Part shown: one piece after another, positions 1 through 12,330 of the stretch
How the letters are laid out: each line of letters opens with the position of its first letter
Numbering within the stretch: position 1 is the first letter of the stretch
From: Eledone cirrhosa
Taxonomy: Eukaryota
Assembly: GCA_964016885.1 (NCBI GenBank)
Contig: OZ024747.1
Location: 49,848,001-49,912,000 of the forward strand
Length of the DNA stretch: 64,000 nt
Reading direction: 5' to 3'
Program-made: the position numbers and the translations under genes
Notes under the pieces: generated by a model
Database searches by the model: none
Seen by the model: the letters and a program-made list of their open reading frames with translations, nothing else
Told to the model about the DNA's origin: nothing

Positions 1-2670
1 CTAATACACACTACTGCTCTAACAGACGACAAGGACTTCCTAATCATTGCAGGAGATTTTAACGGACACGTAGGTAAACACTGCGACGGCTTCAATAGAG
101 TACATGGAGGCCATGGAGTTGGCACAAGGAATGAGGAAGGATTCAGACTTCTAGAATTCTGCGACGCCAATGACATGTCGATATGTAACACAAACTTTAA
201 AAAACCCGACAACCACCTGATCACCTATAGATCAGGGGAGCACTCTAGTCAGTTAGATTTTATCCTCATCAGAGGACGTGACAGATGGACGGTCGTAAAC
301 ACAAAAGCCTTCCCTAGTGAGGAATGTACATCCCAACATAGCTTAGTTGTCAGCGACCTCACGGTCAGAACTAGACGAGCCCTGAAACAGAGGCCAACCT
401 GGAGAAGAAAGATCTGGAAGCTGAAAGTCCCCTCAACCAGTAACAGATTTAAAGATATTTTACTCAACGCCTACGACAGTAAAGAAGAACAGATAGAGAC
501 ATTTAACGTAGAAGAGAACTGGGAGTTCCTAAAAAATAACTTACTAGAGGCGACAGATGAGGTTTGTGGCTGGAGTAAGACCTCAAGCAGGAGGAGAGTG
601 ACTTGGTGGTGGAACAATAAGGTAGATGAAGCAGTCAAGGCCAAGAGACAGGCATGGAAAGAATGGAAGAACGGGGGGAGCAGGGTACATTACATAGAGA
701 CCAAGAGGGAAGCTAGGCGACAAGTATACTTAGCTAGGAGGGAAGCAGAGGATAGAAAATTCAAGCATGTTTTACAACGTGAGGACCAGAAACAGGAGGT
801 ATTCAAGATTGCGAGGCAGTGTGTCAGAGATAGTTGTGATGTCATTGGAGAGAAGTGTATCCGGAATGATAAAGGTGAGCTTGCCCTCACAAGTGCTGAG
901 AAGAAAGATGCATGGAAGAGTCATTATGATAGATTACTAAATGAGGAGAATGCATGGGAAGAAGAGACCCTACCCCACGTAGACCCTATAGAGGGACCAG
1001 CAGTACAAGTCAGCGGCAGCGTAGTAAGTAAGGCAATCAGAGATATGAAGATAGGGAAGGCAACCGGTCCATCGGGTATAGCTGCTGAGATGCTGAAGGC
1101 ATCTGGGTCTGTAGGTCACACTATAACCACACGTATCGTTAACCAGGTAATACTAGAGGGGGCCATACCAAAAGATTGGTGCAGTAGCATCATTGTCAAC
1201 TGCTACAAAGGTAAAGGCGATGCACTAGATAGAGGAAACTATAGAGGTATAAAGTTGATGGACCAGGTCATGAAAGTAACAGAAAGAGTTATAGCACAGC
1301 TGATTAGGGACCGGGTGAATATAGACGAGATGCAATTTGGGTTTGTACCAGGGAAAGGCACCACTGATGCGCTCTTCCTTGTGAGGCAATTACAGGAAAA
1401 GTACCTAGCTAAAAGTAAGCCACTCTACTTGGCATTTGTCGACCTTGAGAAAGCCTTTGACAGAGTTCCACGTGCAGTAATCTGGTGGGCTCTTAGAAAA
1501 CTAGGAGTAGATGAATGGCTTGTGAAAGCGGTACAAGCCATGTATAGGGGAGCAGTCAGCAAAGTTAGGATTGGCAATGAGTATAGCGAGGAATTTAGCG
1601 TACAGGTTGGGGTCCACCAGGGCTCTGTTCTTAGCCCTCTCCTGTTCATCATAGTCCTGCAGGCAATAACGGAGGAGTTTAAGACCGGATGCCCATGGGA
1701 ACTCCTGTATGCTGATGACCTCGCACTCATAGCTGAATCTATGGTAGAACTAGAGAATAAATTCCAAACCTGGAAGCAGGGACTAGAGAGAAAGGGCCTC
1801 AAAGTCAACATGACAAAGACTAAGGTCCTTATAAGTAGACGAGAAAACAGAACCCAGATCCCCTCAGGGAAATGGCCTTGCTCAGTATGTAGGAAAGGTG
1901 TAGGTAGGAACTCCATTCTTTGCCCCAAATGCAAACAATGGGTACACAAGAGATGTAGCGGGATCTCAGGAAGCTTAATTAAGAATGTAGGATTCACATG
2001 CAGCAGCTGTGCTGAAACAGCAAGCAAACAGCCACAGGAAACAAGTACCACCAATCTCTGGGAGGGCCCTGTAGAAACAGTAGACAGCTTCTGCTACCTA
2101 GGTGACCGAATTAGCAACGGAGGTGGGTGCTCAGAAAGTACAATAACTAGGGTAAGAACGGGATGGAAGAAGTTTAGGGAACTACTACCACTGCTAGCTG
2201 CAAAAGGCTTCTCCCTCAGAATGAAAGGCAGACTGTATGATGCGTGTATCCGAACAGCGATGTTGCATGGTAGTGAGACCTGGGCGCTGAAGGTGGAAGA
2301 CTTACGTAGATTAGAGAGAAACGAAGCCTGCATGCTCCGATGGATGTGTAACAGTAATATACGTGAACGACAAAGCATAAATGAATTGAGAGAGAGACTG
2401 AGCATAAGAGGAATCAAATGCTGCGTGCAGGAGAGGCGGTTACGCTGGTATGGACATGTGATGCGTATGAAGGATGACAGCTGCATAAAAAGGTGCAGAG
2501 CACTAGAAGTTGATGGAAACCGCGGAGTGGGGAGACCCAAGATGACTTGGGATGAGGTGATAAAAGCCGACCTTACCCAACTACACCTCTCAAAGTCAAT
2601 GACACACGACCGTGACTTCTGGCGTCACGCAGTAATACAGGGTACCCGACCTCCCATGGGTACATGCTGA
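1..2670 (+). CDS. RTE-clade LINE polyprotein (APE endonuclease C-terminal part, RT, PHD finger); 5' partial
   Basis: Frame is open from base 1 (LIIAGDFNGHVG, APE motif). Also LDFIL and SQH EN motifs, QFGF, AFVDLEKAFDRV, QGSVLSP, YADD, C4HC3 PHD at 1879-2010, FCYLG, RLRWYGHV and GRPKMTW. No stops before 2670. Confidence 0.95.
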   Translation, partial: LIHTTALTDDKDFLIIAGDFNGHVGKHCDGFNRVHGGHGVGTRNEEGFRLLEFCDANDMSICNTNFKKPDNHLITYRSGEHSSQLDFILIRGRDRWTVVNTKAFPSEECTSQHSLVVSDLTVRTRRALKQRPTWRRKIWKLKVPSTSNRFKDILLNAYDSKEEQIETFNVEENWEFLKNNLLEATDEVCGWSKTSSRRRVTWWWNNKVDEAVKAKRQAWKEWKNGGSRVHYIETKREARRQVYLARREAEDRKFKHVLQREDQKQEVFKIARQCVRDSCDVIGEKCIRNDKGELALTSAEKKDAWKSHYDRLLNEENAWEEETLPHVDPIEGPAVQVSGSVVSKAIRDMKIGKATGPSGIAAEMLKASGSVGHTITTRIVNQVILEGAIPKDWCSSIIVNCYKGKGDALDRGNYRGIKLMDQVMKVTERVIAQLIRDRVNIDEMQFGFVPGKGTTDALFLVRQLQEKYLAKSKPLYLAFVDLEKAFDRVPRAVIWWALRKLGVDEWLVKAVQAMYRGAVSKVRIGNEYSEEFSVQVGVHQGSVLSPLLFIIVLQAITEEFKTGCPWELLYADDLALIAESMVELENKFQTWKQGLERKGLKVNMTKTKVLISRRENRTQIPSGKWPCSVCRKGVGRNSILCPKCKQWVHKRCSGISGSLIKNVGFTCSSCAETASKQPQETSTTNLWEGPVETVDSFCYLGDRISNGGGCSESTITRVRTGWKKFRELLPLLAAKGFSLRMKGRLYDACIRTAMLHGSETWALKVEDLRRLERNEACMLRWMCNSNIRERQSINELRERLSIRGIKCCVQERRLRWYGHVMRMKDDSCIKRCRALEVDGNRGVGRPKMTWDEVIKADLTQLHLSKSMTHDRDFWRHAVIQGTRPPMGTC

Positions 2671-2979
2671 AGCATATAAACAATATGCCCCCCCCTCCCC
2701 CCCTACCGCAAGGTGGTCGTGGAGGTGCCACGGCAAAAAAGCACCCAGCCCACACTGTAAAGTGGACGTGTAGGCGCCACGAAAAAGCACCCAGCACTCA
2801 CTGTAAATGAGGTTGGTGTTAGGAAGGGGATCCAGCTGTAGAAATCAAGCCAGATCAGTTCCTGTATGAGCAAGGCATGGTCAGCCGACCAGACACTGCC
2901 CACAACAGGACAACCCGTCTAACCCATGCTAGCGTGGAAGAACGGACGTAAAACGGTGATGATGATGATGATGATGATG

Positions 2980-2981
<2 letters not shown>
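1..2981 (+). mobile_element. RTE LINE with 3'UTR and (GAT)n tail
   Basis: ORF followed by a ~290 bp UTR with a duplicated AAAAGCACCCAGC.C.CACTGTAAA module and a (GAT)n tail running into (TA)n. The UTR recurs many times in the window. Confidence 0.93.
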
Positions 2982-3019
<38 letters not shown>

Positions 3020-3237
3020 TTTACCAACTCCTCCGGCATTCTCAGAACCATGTGTTTTGCAATAATTCCTTTTAATTTAGATAAATGAAGAAGTTAAAAT
3101 AAAATAGATGAATAAATAAAAGATAAATGAAAAAAAAAAAAAACATAAAATAAAATAAAAATATCTAAAATACTTCAATAATCTTTCTTAACATAATTAT
3201 TTTATAGCCTTAAATTATCTTGTAAATTATCTTTTTG

Positions 3238-3505
3238 TGAACAACATCATCATTATCATCATCATCATTATCATCGTCATCATTATCATCGTCATCATTA
3301 TCATCATCATCATCATCATTATTATCATTGTCATCCCCTCTAGCACCATTACATTCATCCTCACTATCATCATAATTATTATTGTTATTGTTGTTGTTCC
3401 TCTTATTCTCATCACTATCATCATCATCATTTTTATTACTATCACAATTTTTCTTCTTCTTCTTCTTCTTCTTCTTCTTCTTCTTCTCATTATTGTTTTC
3501 ATTAT
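3238..3505. repeat. compound trinucleotide microsatellite (ATC/ATT/TTC)n
   Basis: Direct reading. Confidence 0.95.
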
Positions 3506-3719
3506 TGTGGATTGGCAGAAGTTCAGACGCCATGCTTTACAGTATAGAGTTACGGCCCTTTACGGTCTGAGTTCAAATCCCGCCGAGGTTAACTTTGCCT
3601 TTCATTCTTAAAAATCTATAAAATAAAATACCAGTCACGCACTGGGCTCGATTTAATCGACCCCCCCCCCCAAAAAAAAAAGTTGTTGGCCTTGTGCCTA
3701 TATAACAGACCATTATTGT
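3506..3719 (+). mobile_element. tRNA-derived SINE with Nin/Deu-type central domain
   Basis: B-box GAGTTCAAATCC, then GCCGAGGTTAACTTTGCCTTTCAT..AAATA..TACCAG; more than 10 copies in the window. Confidence 0.8.
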
Positions 3720-3727
3720 TATCAATA

Positions 3728-3912
3728 GGGTGGTGGTTTGGCAGTATCGGTAGAGCATCAGAAACCATAGTTTGCAGCATAAAGATATGGCCCTTTATGT
3801 TCTAAGTTCAAGGTTAGCTTTGCTTTTCATCCTTTCAGGGTTGATGAAATAAAGTACCAGTAATGCACTGGTGTAATTGTTGGTCTTGTGCCAACAGAAA
3901 CATTACTGTTAT
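3728..3912 (+). mobile_element. Nin-type SINE copy
   Basis: Same head, central domain and tail as 3506-3719. Confidence 0.75.
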
Positions 3913-3989
3913 TAATATTACTATCATCATCATTATCATAATTCTTTTCACTACAGTTGTTGTTATTACTCTCGTTTTTACTACAGTTG

Positions 3990-4390
3990 TTCTCTCCTTT
4001 TCCTTTCCCCCCCTCTCTTTTGCTCCCCCTTCTCTACCCCTACTCTTCCTCGTCTCTCTTTCTCTCCTCCTCTCTTTCTTTCTTCCTTATCTCCCCTTCC
4101 CTCCCTCTTCTCTCTTGCTTTTCCTTTCTCTATTTCTCTCCTCCTTCTCTCTTTCTCTCCCTTTTTCTCTTGCTCTCCCCCCTTCTCTACCCCTGCTCTC
4201 CCTCTTCTCCCTTGTTCCCCCTTCTCTCTTGCTCTCTCCCTTCTCTTTTGCTCTCCCCCTTCTCTCTTTCTCTCCCCCTTCCTCTCCCTTCTCTCTTTCT
4301 CTCCCCCTTCTTTCACCCTTCTCTCGTTCTATCTCCCTTTTCTCTTTCTCTCCCCTTCTCTCTTGCTCTCCCTCCTCCTCTCTTTCACTC
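3990..4390. repeat. polypyrimidine (CT-rich) low-complexity repeat
   Basis: Almost pure C/T with degenerate internal repeats. Confidence 0.9.
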
Positions 4391-4621
4391 CTATTTATCT
4401 GTACTGGTGGTTGTTGTGTATTTACATATGTGTTTGTATGTGTGTAAAACCCTGCTCCCTATTTATGTGTTGTACGTAGTTGACATGTGAAACTTAGTGT
4501 AATGTGTAGCATAGACAAACATAAGTAAAGACAGATTTCTGGAATGTCCATATATGGTCAGGAAAATATTGCCTTAAAAAGTCTCATCCATCTCATGTCA
4601 GCATGGAAAAGTAGATGCTGC

Positions 4622-4622
4622 A

Positions 4623-4654
<32 letters not shown>

Positions 4655-4836
4655 AATGATGATTGCGTTGATGCTGCTGCTGATGATGATGGTTGTGGTG
4701 AAGCTGTTGCTGCTGATGCTGATGGTTGTGGTGAAGCTGTTGCTGCTGATGCTGATGGTTGTGGTGAAGCTGTTGCTGCTGATGATGATGGTTGTGGTGA
4801 AGCTGTTGCTGCTGATGCTGATGATGGTTGTGGTGA

Positions 4837-4870
<34 letters not shown>

Positions 4871-5136
4871 TGTGGTGAAGCTGCTGCTGCTGATGATGAT
4901 GCTTGTGGTGAAGCCGCTGCTGATGATGATGATGGTTGTGGTGAAGCTGCTGCTGCTGATGATGATGATGGTTGTGGTGAAGCTGCTGCTGCTGATGCTG
5001 ATGATGATGGTTGTGGTGAAGCTGCTGCTGCTGATGCTGATGATGATGGTTGTGGTGAAGCTGCTGCTGTTGATGATGATGGTTGTGGTGAAGCTGCTGC
5101 TGCTGCTGATGATGATGATGATAATGGTTGTGGTGA

Positions 5137-5170
<34 letters not shown>

Positions 5171-5466
5171 TGTGGTGAAGCTGCTGCTGCTGATGATGAT
5201 GCTTGTGGTGAAGCCGCTGCTGATGATGATGATGGTTGTGGTGAAGCTGCTGCTGCTGCTGATGATGGTTGTGGTGAAGCCGCTGCTGCTGCTGATGATG
5301 ATGGTTGTGGTGAAGCTGCTGCTGCTGATGATGATGATGGTTGTGGTGAAGCTGCTGCTGCTGATGATGATGATGATGGTTGTGGTGAAGCTGCTGCTGC
5401 TGATGCTGATGATGATGGTTGTGGTGAAGCTGCTGCTGCTGCTGATGATGATGATGATGATAACGA
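4622..5466. repeat. minisatellite of (GAT)n-GGTTGTGGTGAA-(GCT)n units
   Basis: About two dozen ~30-39 bp units that vary only by whole triplets. Confidence 0.95.
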
Positions 5467-5555
5467 GGATGATCTATTTCTCTATATTATATACAGATCA
5501 CCAAATTGTCAAATGTCACATTGAAATATTCTACACAAATCCTCAAATTTCCCAG

Positions 5556-5564
5556 AGCAACATT

Positions 5565-5599
<35 letters not shown>

Positions 5600-5627
5600 T
5601 TGCAACAACATTAACAACAACAATTGC

Positions 5628-5664
<37 letters not shown>

Positions 5665-5723
5665 GCAGCAGCAGCAGCAACAACAACAACTGCAACAACA
5701 ACAACAACAGCAACAACAACAAC
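5556..5723. repeat. (CAA)n/(CAG)n microsatellite
   Basis: Direct reading. Confidence 0.95.
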
Positions 5724-5807
5724 CATAGAAACAAGAAAGAAAGCGAAAGAAGCCATTCAGTATTTGTGGAATATTTAGTGATCCGTCTCTCTCCAGTTTT
5801 AAGATGC

Positions 5808-5983
5808 TGTCGGCAGTAATTGGTAGAGCATCCATCAGGCACCATGCTTTGAAGCATGTGTTCTGAGTTGAAAATCCCGCAGAGGTTAACTTTGCCTTTC
5901 ATCCTTGCAGAGTTGATAAAATAAAGTACCAGTAATGCACTGGGGTAATTGCTGGCCTTGTGCCAAAAGTAGAAACAATTATT
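5808..5983 (+). mobile_element. Nin-type SINE copy
   Basis: GAGGTTAACTTTGCCTTTCATCC..GATAAAATAAAGTACCAG core. Confidence 0.75.
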
Positions 5984-6282
5984 ACCAAAAGATTCTTATA
6001 GAAGTGAGACCAAGAAAGACATCATTTCTTAAGCTTAAGAAATTTATTCAGGTAACAACTAATCTCATTAAAGAAATAAAACTTGTCCAATTTATTTCAA
6101 CAGAAATCTTTCATTATTGTTGGTGCCAGGAGGTGGAAGAGGATGAGAAGGTGGGGATGGCAGGCATTCAACTCCTCCGATATTTGAACTATATCATTTT
6201 ACCATTCAGTTGTAATCAACTTACAATGTATGTTTATTCATTAGTAGTGACACAAAAACTGTAGCTTAGTAAATAGCATACA

Positions 6283-6700
6283 TGGATGTGTGTATATGTA
6301 TGTATGTATTTGTATGTTTGTGTATTTGTATGTTTGTATATATGTATGTTTGTATATGCATTTGTGTTTATGTGCATGTGTATATATATATATATGTGTG
6401 TGTCTATATATATATATATATGTATATGTGCGTGAGTGTGTATATATATATATATATGTGTGTCTGTGTGTGTATATATATATATGTATGTATGTATGTC
6501 TGTGTGTATATATATATATATATATATATGTATATGTGTGCGTGAGTGTATATATATATATGTATATATGTGTGTGTGTATGTGTGTGTATGTATGTGTA
6601 TGTATATGTGTATATGTGTATGTCTATGTGTGTATATGAGTATATGTAGAGATCTGTATATGAGTACATGCATGCCAGAGATATGTGTGTGTAAGTCTGT
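6283..6700. repeat. (TA/TG)n compound microsatellite
   Basis: Direct reading; similar tracts at ~11460-11720, 12480-12720, 40355-40455, 41373-41965, 43436-44030 and 58400-58552. Confidence 0.95.
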
Positions 6701-6871
6701 ATTTGTTTTGTCTTTCATGTCCAAAATCTAGCCATTCCCCCTCCCACTACCTGTATCAACAATGAATCCTAAGTGTGACTTATAGCCTAACGAACAAACG
6801 CTTCAAGTAAGTGTGGCAGTGGAAGAGAGGTAGACAGTGTTTCATGCAAGAACTGATGGTGATGAAATAAT

Positions 6872-7052
6872 TTTTTCTATTTTAGGCACAAGGCCAGCAA
6901 TTCACCAGTGCATTACTGGTACTTTATTTTATCGACCCCGTAAGGATGAAAGGCAAAGTCAACCTCGGCGGGATTTGAACTCAGATCGTAAAGGGACGTA
7001 ACTATGCTGGAAAGCATGGCGTCCGACCCTCTACCGATACTGCCAATCCACC
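6872..7052 (-). mobile_element. Nin-type SINE with 17-bp TSD
   Basis: TSD GATGGTGATGAAATAAT at 6855-6871 and 7053-7069. Confidence 0.88.
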
Positions 7053-7082
7053 GATGGTGATGAAATAATGAACCAATGAGCG

Positions 7083-7341
7083 CAGGGCCGGATTTAGATT
7101 TGATGAGGCCCTAAGCTATTTGAGATAATGCGGCCCGTTATATGTTATAAAAAATGTTATAAAAACTGCAAAACGTTCAATATTAAAGCAGAAGACTGTT
7201 TAAAACTATTGCATTATTTTAGTTCTTGTTTATCTTATATTTTGGAAATGTACACACCGTTTTTTTCAATTTTTTCGGGGCCCCAAGAAAGTGGGGGCCC
7301 TAAGCTATAGCTTGTTTAGCTTAGACGTAAATCCCACTCTG
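7083..7341. mobile_element. hAT-type MITE
   Basis: Imperfect 14-bp TIR CAGGGCCGGATTTA...TAAATCCCACTCTG (11/14); 8-bp TSD AATGAGCG/AATGAACG. Confidence 0.78.
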
Positions 7342-7582
7342 AATGAACGGATGCAAAATATCACGTTGTTAGAATGTGCTGAATATATCAACCAACTGGA
7401 GAATTTCATGCCCAGAATCGGAGACGAGATCACATACGGAAACATATCTGACTACCTTTCGATTCCAGAGTCAGGTTTGACTAATAATAGGTCGTTCCTC
7501 GAGCTCATCAACAGTGAAACATATGTAATATTTTATTAAATATGTTATGATGTAACACTGATTCTTTGATCCTTTATTCTTA

Positions 7583-7630
<48 letters not shown>

Positions 7631-8048
7631 ATTGTTTCTACTTTTGGCACAAGGCCAGCAATTACCCAATCCATTACTGGTACTTTATTTTATCGACCCC
7701 GTAAGGATGAAAGGCAAAGTTAATAATAATGATAGTAGTAATGAACGAAAGATATATACTTTATATCATCTCTATTTTATTATATACTAGCCGAATTACC
7801 CGCGCCTTGCACATAAAAAAGTAAAGACATTAACTAATAATTTTTGCTGTCATAATTCTAGTGATGTTTTGCCATATATATAATGTCTAAATTAGCCAAA
7901 TATTATTATAATTAATATTATGTTTAATTAATAGAAAAACCCCGTGATAATAGAGGTTCCAATATATGTATATGTATGTGTATGCATGTGTATATGTGTG
8001 TGTATATATGTATGTAAGTGTGTGCATGTATGTATGTGTGTGTATATA

Positions 8049-9012
8049 TCATCATCCTCATCATTTTACGTCCACTTTTCCCTGCTTGCAAGGGTGGGAC
8101 AGGTCCTATTCAGCACAGCATCTCTCCATTTATCACGGTCCTTTGTCACCTCCTCCGTGAGATTCAGCGATCTGAGGTCAGCTCCCACCACCTCCACCAA
8201 TGTTTTTTGTGGTCTTCCTCGACTGTGTCTTCCTTCTACTGGGATTCCTTGGCACTTCTTTACCCAGCAGTCATCCTCCAGGCACATCACATGTCCATAC
8301 CATCACAGTCTTCTCTTCCACACACTACAGCCTATCCCTCTTATATGCAGTTTCTCTCTCAACTCGTCTATGCTTGGTCGTTCATGCACATTAACATTGC
8401 ACATCCAACAGAGCATGCTTGCTTCATTTCTCTCCAGCCATCGCATATCCTCCACAGTTGCTGCCCATGTCTCACTACCATACAGCATTGCGCATCTCAC
8501 ACAGGCATCATATAACCAGCCTTTCGTTTGTAGGGAGAATCCCTTCTTTGTCTATAGAGGAAGCCGCTCCCTAAACTTCTTCCAACCCGTCCTTATTCTA
8601 GATGCTATGGTCTCGAAGCACCCTCCTCCCTTACTAATCTGATCACCTAGGTATCGGAAGCTATCAACCACCTCTATAGATCCTACCTGCATTTGAAAAA
8701 TGTGTCTATCACTGCGACGTCTACTGTCAAATTTTCCTGTACATGTACTGCATATGTAGTTTTCTCTACCTGTTAGTTTGCCTGATGTCCCACTACATTT
8801 CTTGAGTACCGAAGATCTGCATTGTGTACATTTTATAGAATTTATGCCAACTGCTTTCCTACATGACCATTTCCCTGATGGAATCAGAGTTTTGTCCTCT
8901 TTTCTACTTATCAACACTTTAGTCTTAGCTAGGTTCACTCTCAGTCCTCTTGATTCCAACTGCTGTTTCCATAGCCAGAATTTATTCTCTAGCTCCTCTA
9001 CTGATTCTGCTA
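8049..9012 (-). pseudogene. 5'-truncated, degenerate RTE LINE (short-3'UTR subfamily)
   Basis: Frameshifted homology to the 1-2670 ORF (LIAESVEELENKF, FRYLGDQIS, MLYGSETW, RGRPQKT) and a (GAT)n tail. Confidence 0.92.
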
Positions 9013-9020
9013 TAAGTATT

Positions 9021-10007
9021 TGTAACCTCATGCCGCGTCCTCATCAGCAAGGTTCTCCAAAACAGAATGGAACCCTCTGTGATCAGGGAACGTGAGGCTG
9101 CCTGTGAGACGTGGGACAGGCTGGGACTTAGCCCAGTAGACATGCCTCCTCCTTCTCCTCCTGCTGATGTCAAGATATGGATTTCAAAACAAAGTCTAGG
9201 ACAATTGAAGGCGAGGTCTCTGGCCTGGTAGTGTTACCGAGGAGCTCTACCAGCTCTACAAAATCTACAGGCACGGACGTCCTGGCAGAGATCCTGCCAA
9301 AAAGACCTGTCCAAGATGCGAGCAGGGCATCGAAACCGTTCTGCACGCAATTGTTCAGTGCCCAGGGGTGATCGACCTGTGGAATTATGTTGAACAGATA
9401 CTGTCATGTGTGGGACACATCCAGTTGTCAACCGAGTCCATCGTGAGGATCACCCTGCCGCCTTCATTTAAGAATGAAGGAGAGGAGGTTTTCCTCTGTC
9501 TGGTGGCTATGGCGAAAGATGTAATATGGTGGACAAGGTTAAAATGACTGAGGGCAAACACCTTTCTCTCCGGACAACAACTCATCCCCTTCTTTAAGTA
9601 TCACTTCAGAAGGAAGGTGAGAGTGGAGAGAGAGAGGTGCTACACCCCAGTAAATTCACTGAAAGGTGGGTGAATGTGGTGAAAATGGCCCGAATGAATG
9701 GGCCTTCTCTGTATATAAACCTGTAGGTTGAAGAAGATTAACAGAGGGAAGACGGGAACACCTACAAAACGTGTTCCTGGTGTTGAGGGTTGTTCTATCC
9801 ACTGGGTGTAAAACAACCCTGCAGTAACGTCCCCTCCCCAATGGGGATTTCGATTGTTATTTTATTATATATAGTTTATTGTTATTTATTAATGTTAAAG
9901 TTATATGATTTTTATGTAAAACCCCCACCGTCACGTCTTGTAATGTACCATTTTTGTACGCCCCTGTGGCAAATAAAGAAAGATATCTATCTATATATAT
10001 ATATATA
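9021..10007 (+). mobile_element. 3' fragment of an L1/Tx1-clade LINE
   Basis: CCHC knuckle CPRCEQGIETVLHAIVQC (9308-9361), then AKDVIWWTRLK and FTERW; AATAAA plus CTAT/(TA)n tail. Confidence 0.72.
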
Positions 10008-10127
10008 TGAAAGTTTCATGTATTTGGCCTTTGGTACTAAAAGAACAGAGGAACCACAGAACTGATTTTATATATCAATTGATTGGAGATTAACAGTAAG
10101 ACTATCCCAATATTTTCAAAAGAAAGC

Positions 10128-10290
10128 AGTGAGTTAGCAGACTTGTTTGAGCATCATATATAATATCGCATAGTATTTCTTTTGGATCTCTGCACATTGA
10201 GTTCAAATCCTGCTGAGGTTAGCTTTGACTATCATCTATTTAGGCTCGATAAACTAAAGTATGAGTTTAAGTTGTTGGATTGGTGTAATT
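10128..10290 (+). mobile_element. degenerate Nin-type SINE
   Basis: GAGTTCAAATCCTGCTGAGGTTAGCTTTG core. Confidence 0.6.
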
Positions 10291-11475
10291 GTTAGAAGAT
10301 TGGATGAGGTACTCTGCACTTCTGGTTCATTATGGCCCTGCTCCGTCAAAAATGACGACGAATATAAAAAAGAGATGTTTGTTTGTTTGTTTTTTGGTTT
10401 GTTGGTTCCTTCACGCTCCTTCCTCAGTCATCACATAAATGTGTGTGTTTGTAATAATTATTTTTTTCGAAATGTGTCTGTTTATATATATGTATTTGTA
10501 GATGTGTGTGTGTTTGTAATTCTATTGTCTATGCATCTTTCCAAATAAACACACACAAACACATATACACTCACACAAATATTACATATAATATTATTTA
10601 CACAAACACACATATACACACACAAACGCTCACATAATCAAAACAGCCAATGTGTGTAGCCAATTCGCTGTACATAAGGGTAGTGAATGTTAGACGCTAC
10701 TTTCTGTTGTTTGTCATCACGCCCCCCTTTCTCAGTCGACGCAATCACCACTTCCTTCCTCAGTCATCTCTAGTGTTTGATGGACAAATACACAAGGCTA
10801 TTATATAAGTTGATATATAATAAGTGAGAAACTCATCGACTGCTTCCCCTTGTTTTTGCTGAGGCTAGGTGTGTGACGATGGTCACAACTTTAAAAACAC
10901 TATTGAAGAATATGTGAATCAATAAAAAGAATTATACTACATTAATTCTTTTGTAATTGTCCCTCATTTTACAATATAAAACTATTTATTTTAAAGTGTT
11001 TATATTTATCTACAAATCTTCCATCAAAATTAATTCAAAATTACAGGCAGTGTTTTTCATAAAAAAAGGATTAATTTCTTCTCTTTTTTTGCTGAAATTC
11101 AGCATATTTTTATGACTATTTTTATAAACTACATATTTTCTTATATAGAAATGACCGTATATCAATCGATCCAAATATAATCCGACCACACTATTTTATA
11201 TCTGAGAGATGGACAAAAATCCAAACACCATTTATAAGCTGAAGCAGCTACCATTGAATTTTTGGTCACGTATTATTTGGCTTATATTCAAATATATATG
11301 GTACTCAAAGACTGCCAAAAAAAATTTATCTTTGGTAATATTGTTTTAGTTGTTCAGTTCTTCCATATTTTGGGGCATATCCTATATCTTTTAAAGCAGC
11401 AGATAAAATGGAGAAACAGGCAAAAGATAGAGTCTCATAGACATTGTTCTCTGCAGATTTCATACACAAACACGT

Positions 11476-11517
<42 letters not shown>

Positions 11518-11744
11518 GCATCCACATGTATGCACGTGCACACATATATACACAAGCATGCAAGTATACATACACACATACACACACATATATATATATA
11601 TACACACACACATACACACACATATATATATATATATACACACACATATATATAAACACACATGTAGACTCACACATACTCATATACATACACATAAATA
11701 CCCATAAACAGTGTGTGTATGTTGAAGAGTGGTTCTTGAGGTTA

Positions 11745-12330
11745 ACTTAATTATAGAAAATCTTATCTCTGCATTGAAAGAACCTTCGGGACTTGTCAAA
11801 AGTAAATTTATATATAAAGAAGACAACAACATCAACAACAACAACAAAATATATCTTACTCAGATCAAATCATTGTTCAAAATAAATTGTAAAAATAACA
11901 TGTTTAACCCTTCTGATACTCAAATTCTTCGATATACACCTTCGATCATAATTTTATGCAAGAACCTTTGTTAAGTTATGTTCCAGTGTTTGTTACAGTC
12001 TTCATAACAAGAAAGTTATATTACCAATTCTCTCCAAATTCTTGATTATTTTTCAAAATTATTTTTAAAATGATAGGCAGTTTCTGTCATTAGAAATATG
12101 GTGATGCTAAGATGATTAATTAGAGAATCTTTTATCTTTTTATTGAAAGAACCTTTGGGGACTTGTCAGAAATAAACTGAAATTTATAAAAAGAAAAAAA
12201 AAAAAAATATATATTATTTGAATGTAAACTCATTGTTCCAAACTAACTGTAAAATATAACAACAACAACAACATGTTGAATGAGACAACAACAACAACTA
12301 CAAAAATAATATGTTTAAATGTTTGATAAC
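11745..12330. repeat. diverged direct duplication (~11745-11910 and ~12120-12330)
   Basis: Shared ATTGAAAGAACCTT.GGGACTTGTCA and TCATTGTTC.AA segments. Confidence 0.65.

Noticed and set aside
249-2540. Antisense ORFs over the RTE
   Set aside because: Shadow frames with no recognisable motifs.
3210-6731. Low-complexity ORFs (poly-I/D/M/YI/CV/HT), also throughout 11-12 kb and 41-50 kb
   Set aside because: Translations of microsatellites.
7787-7954. Non-autonomous Helitron (minus-strand hairpin plus CTAG end)
   Set aside because: The 3' end is suggestive, but there is no convincing A|TC 5' boundary and only one copy.
11196-11237. Hammerhead-like ttata-tCTGAGAGA-gga/tcc-AAA..tataa
   Set aside because: Core insertion, missing G12 and no stem III.
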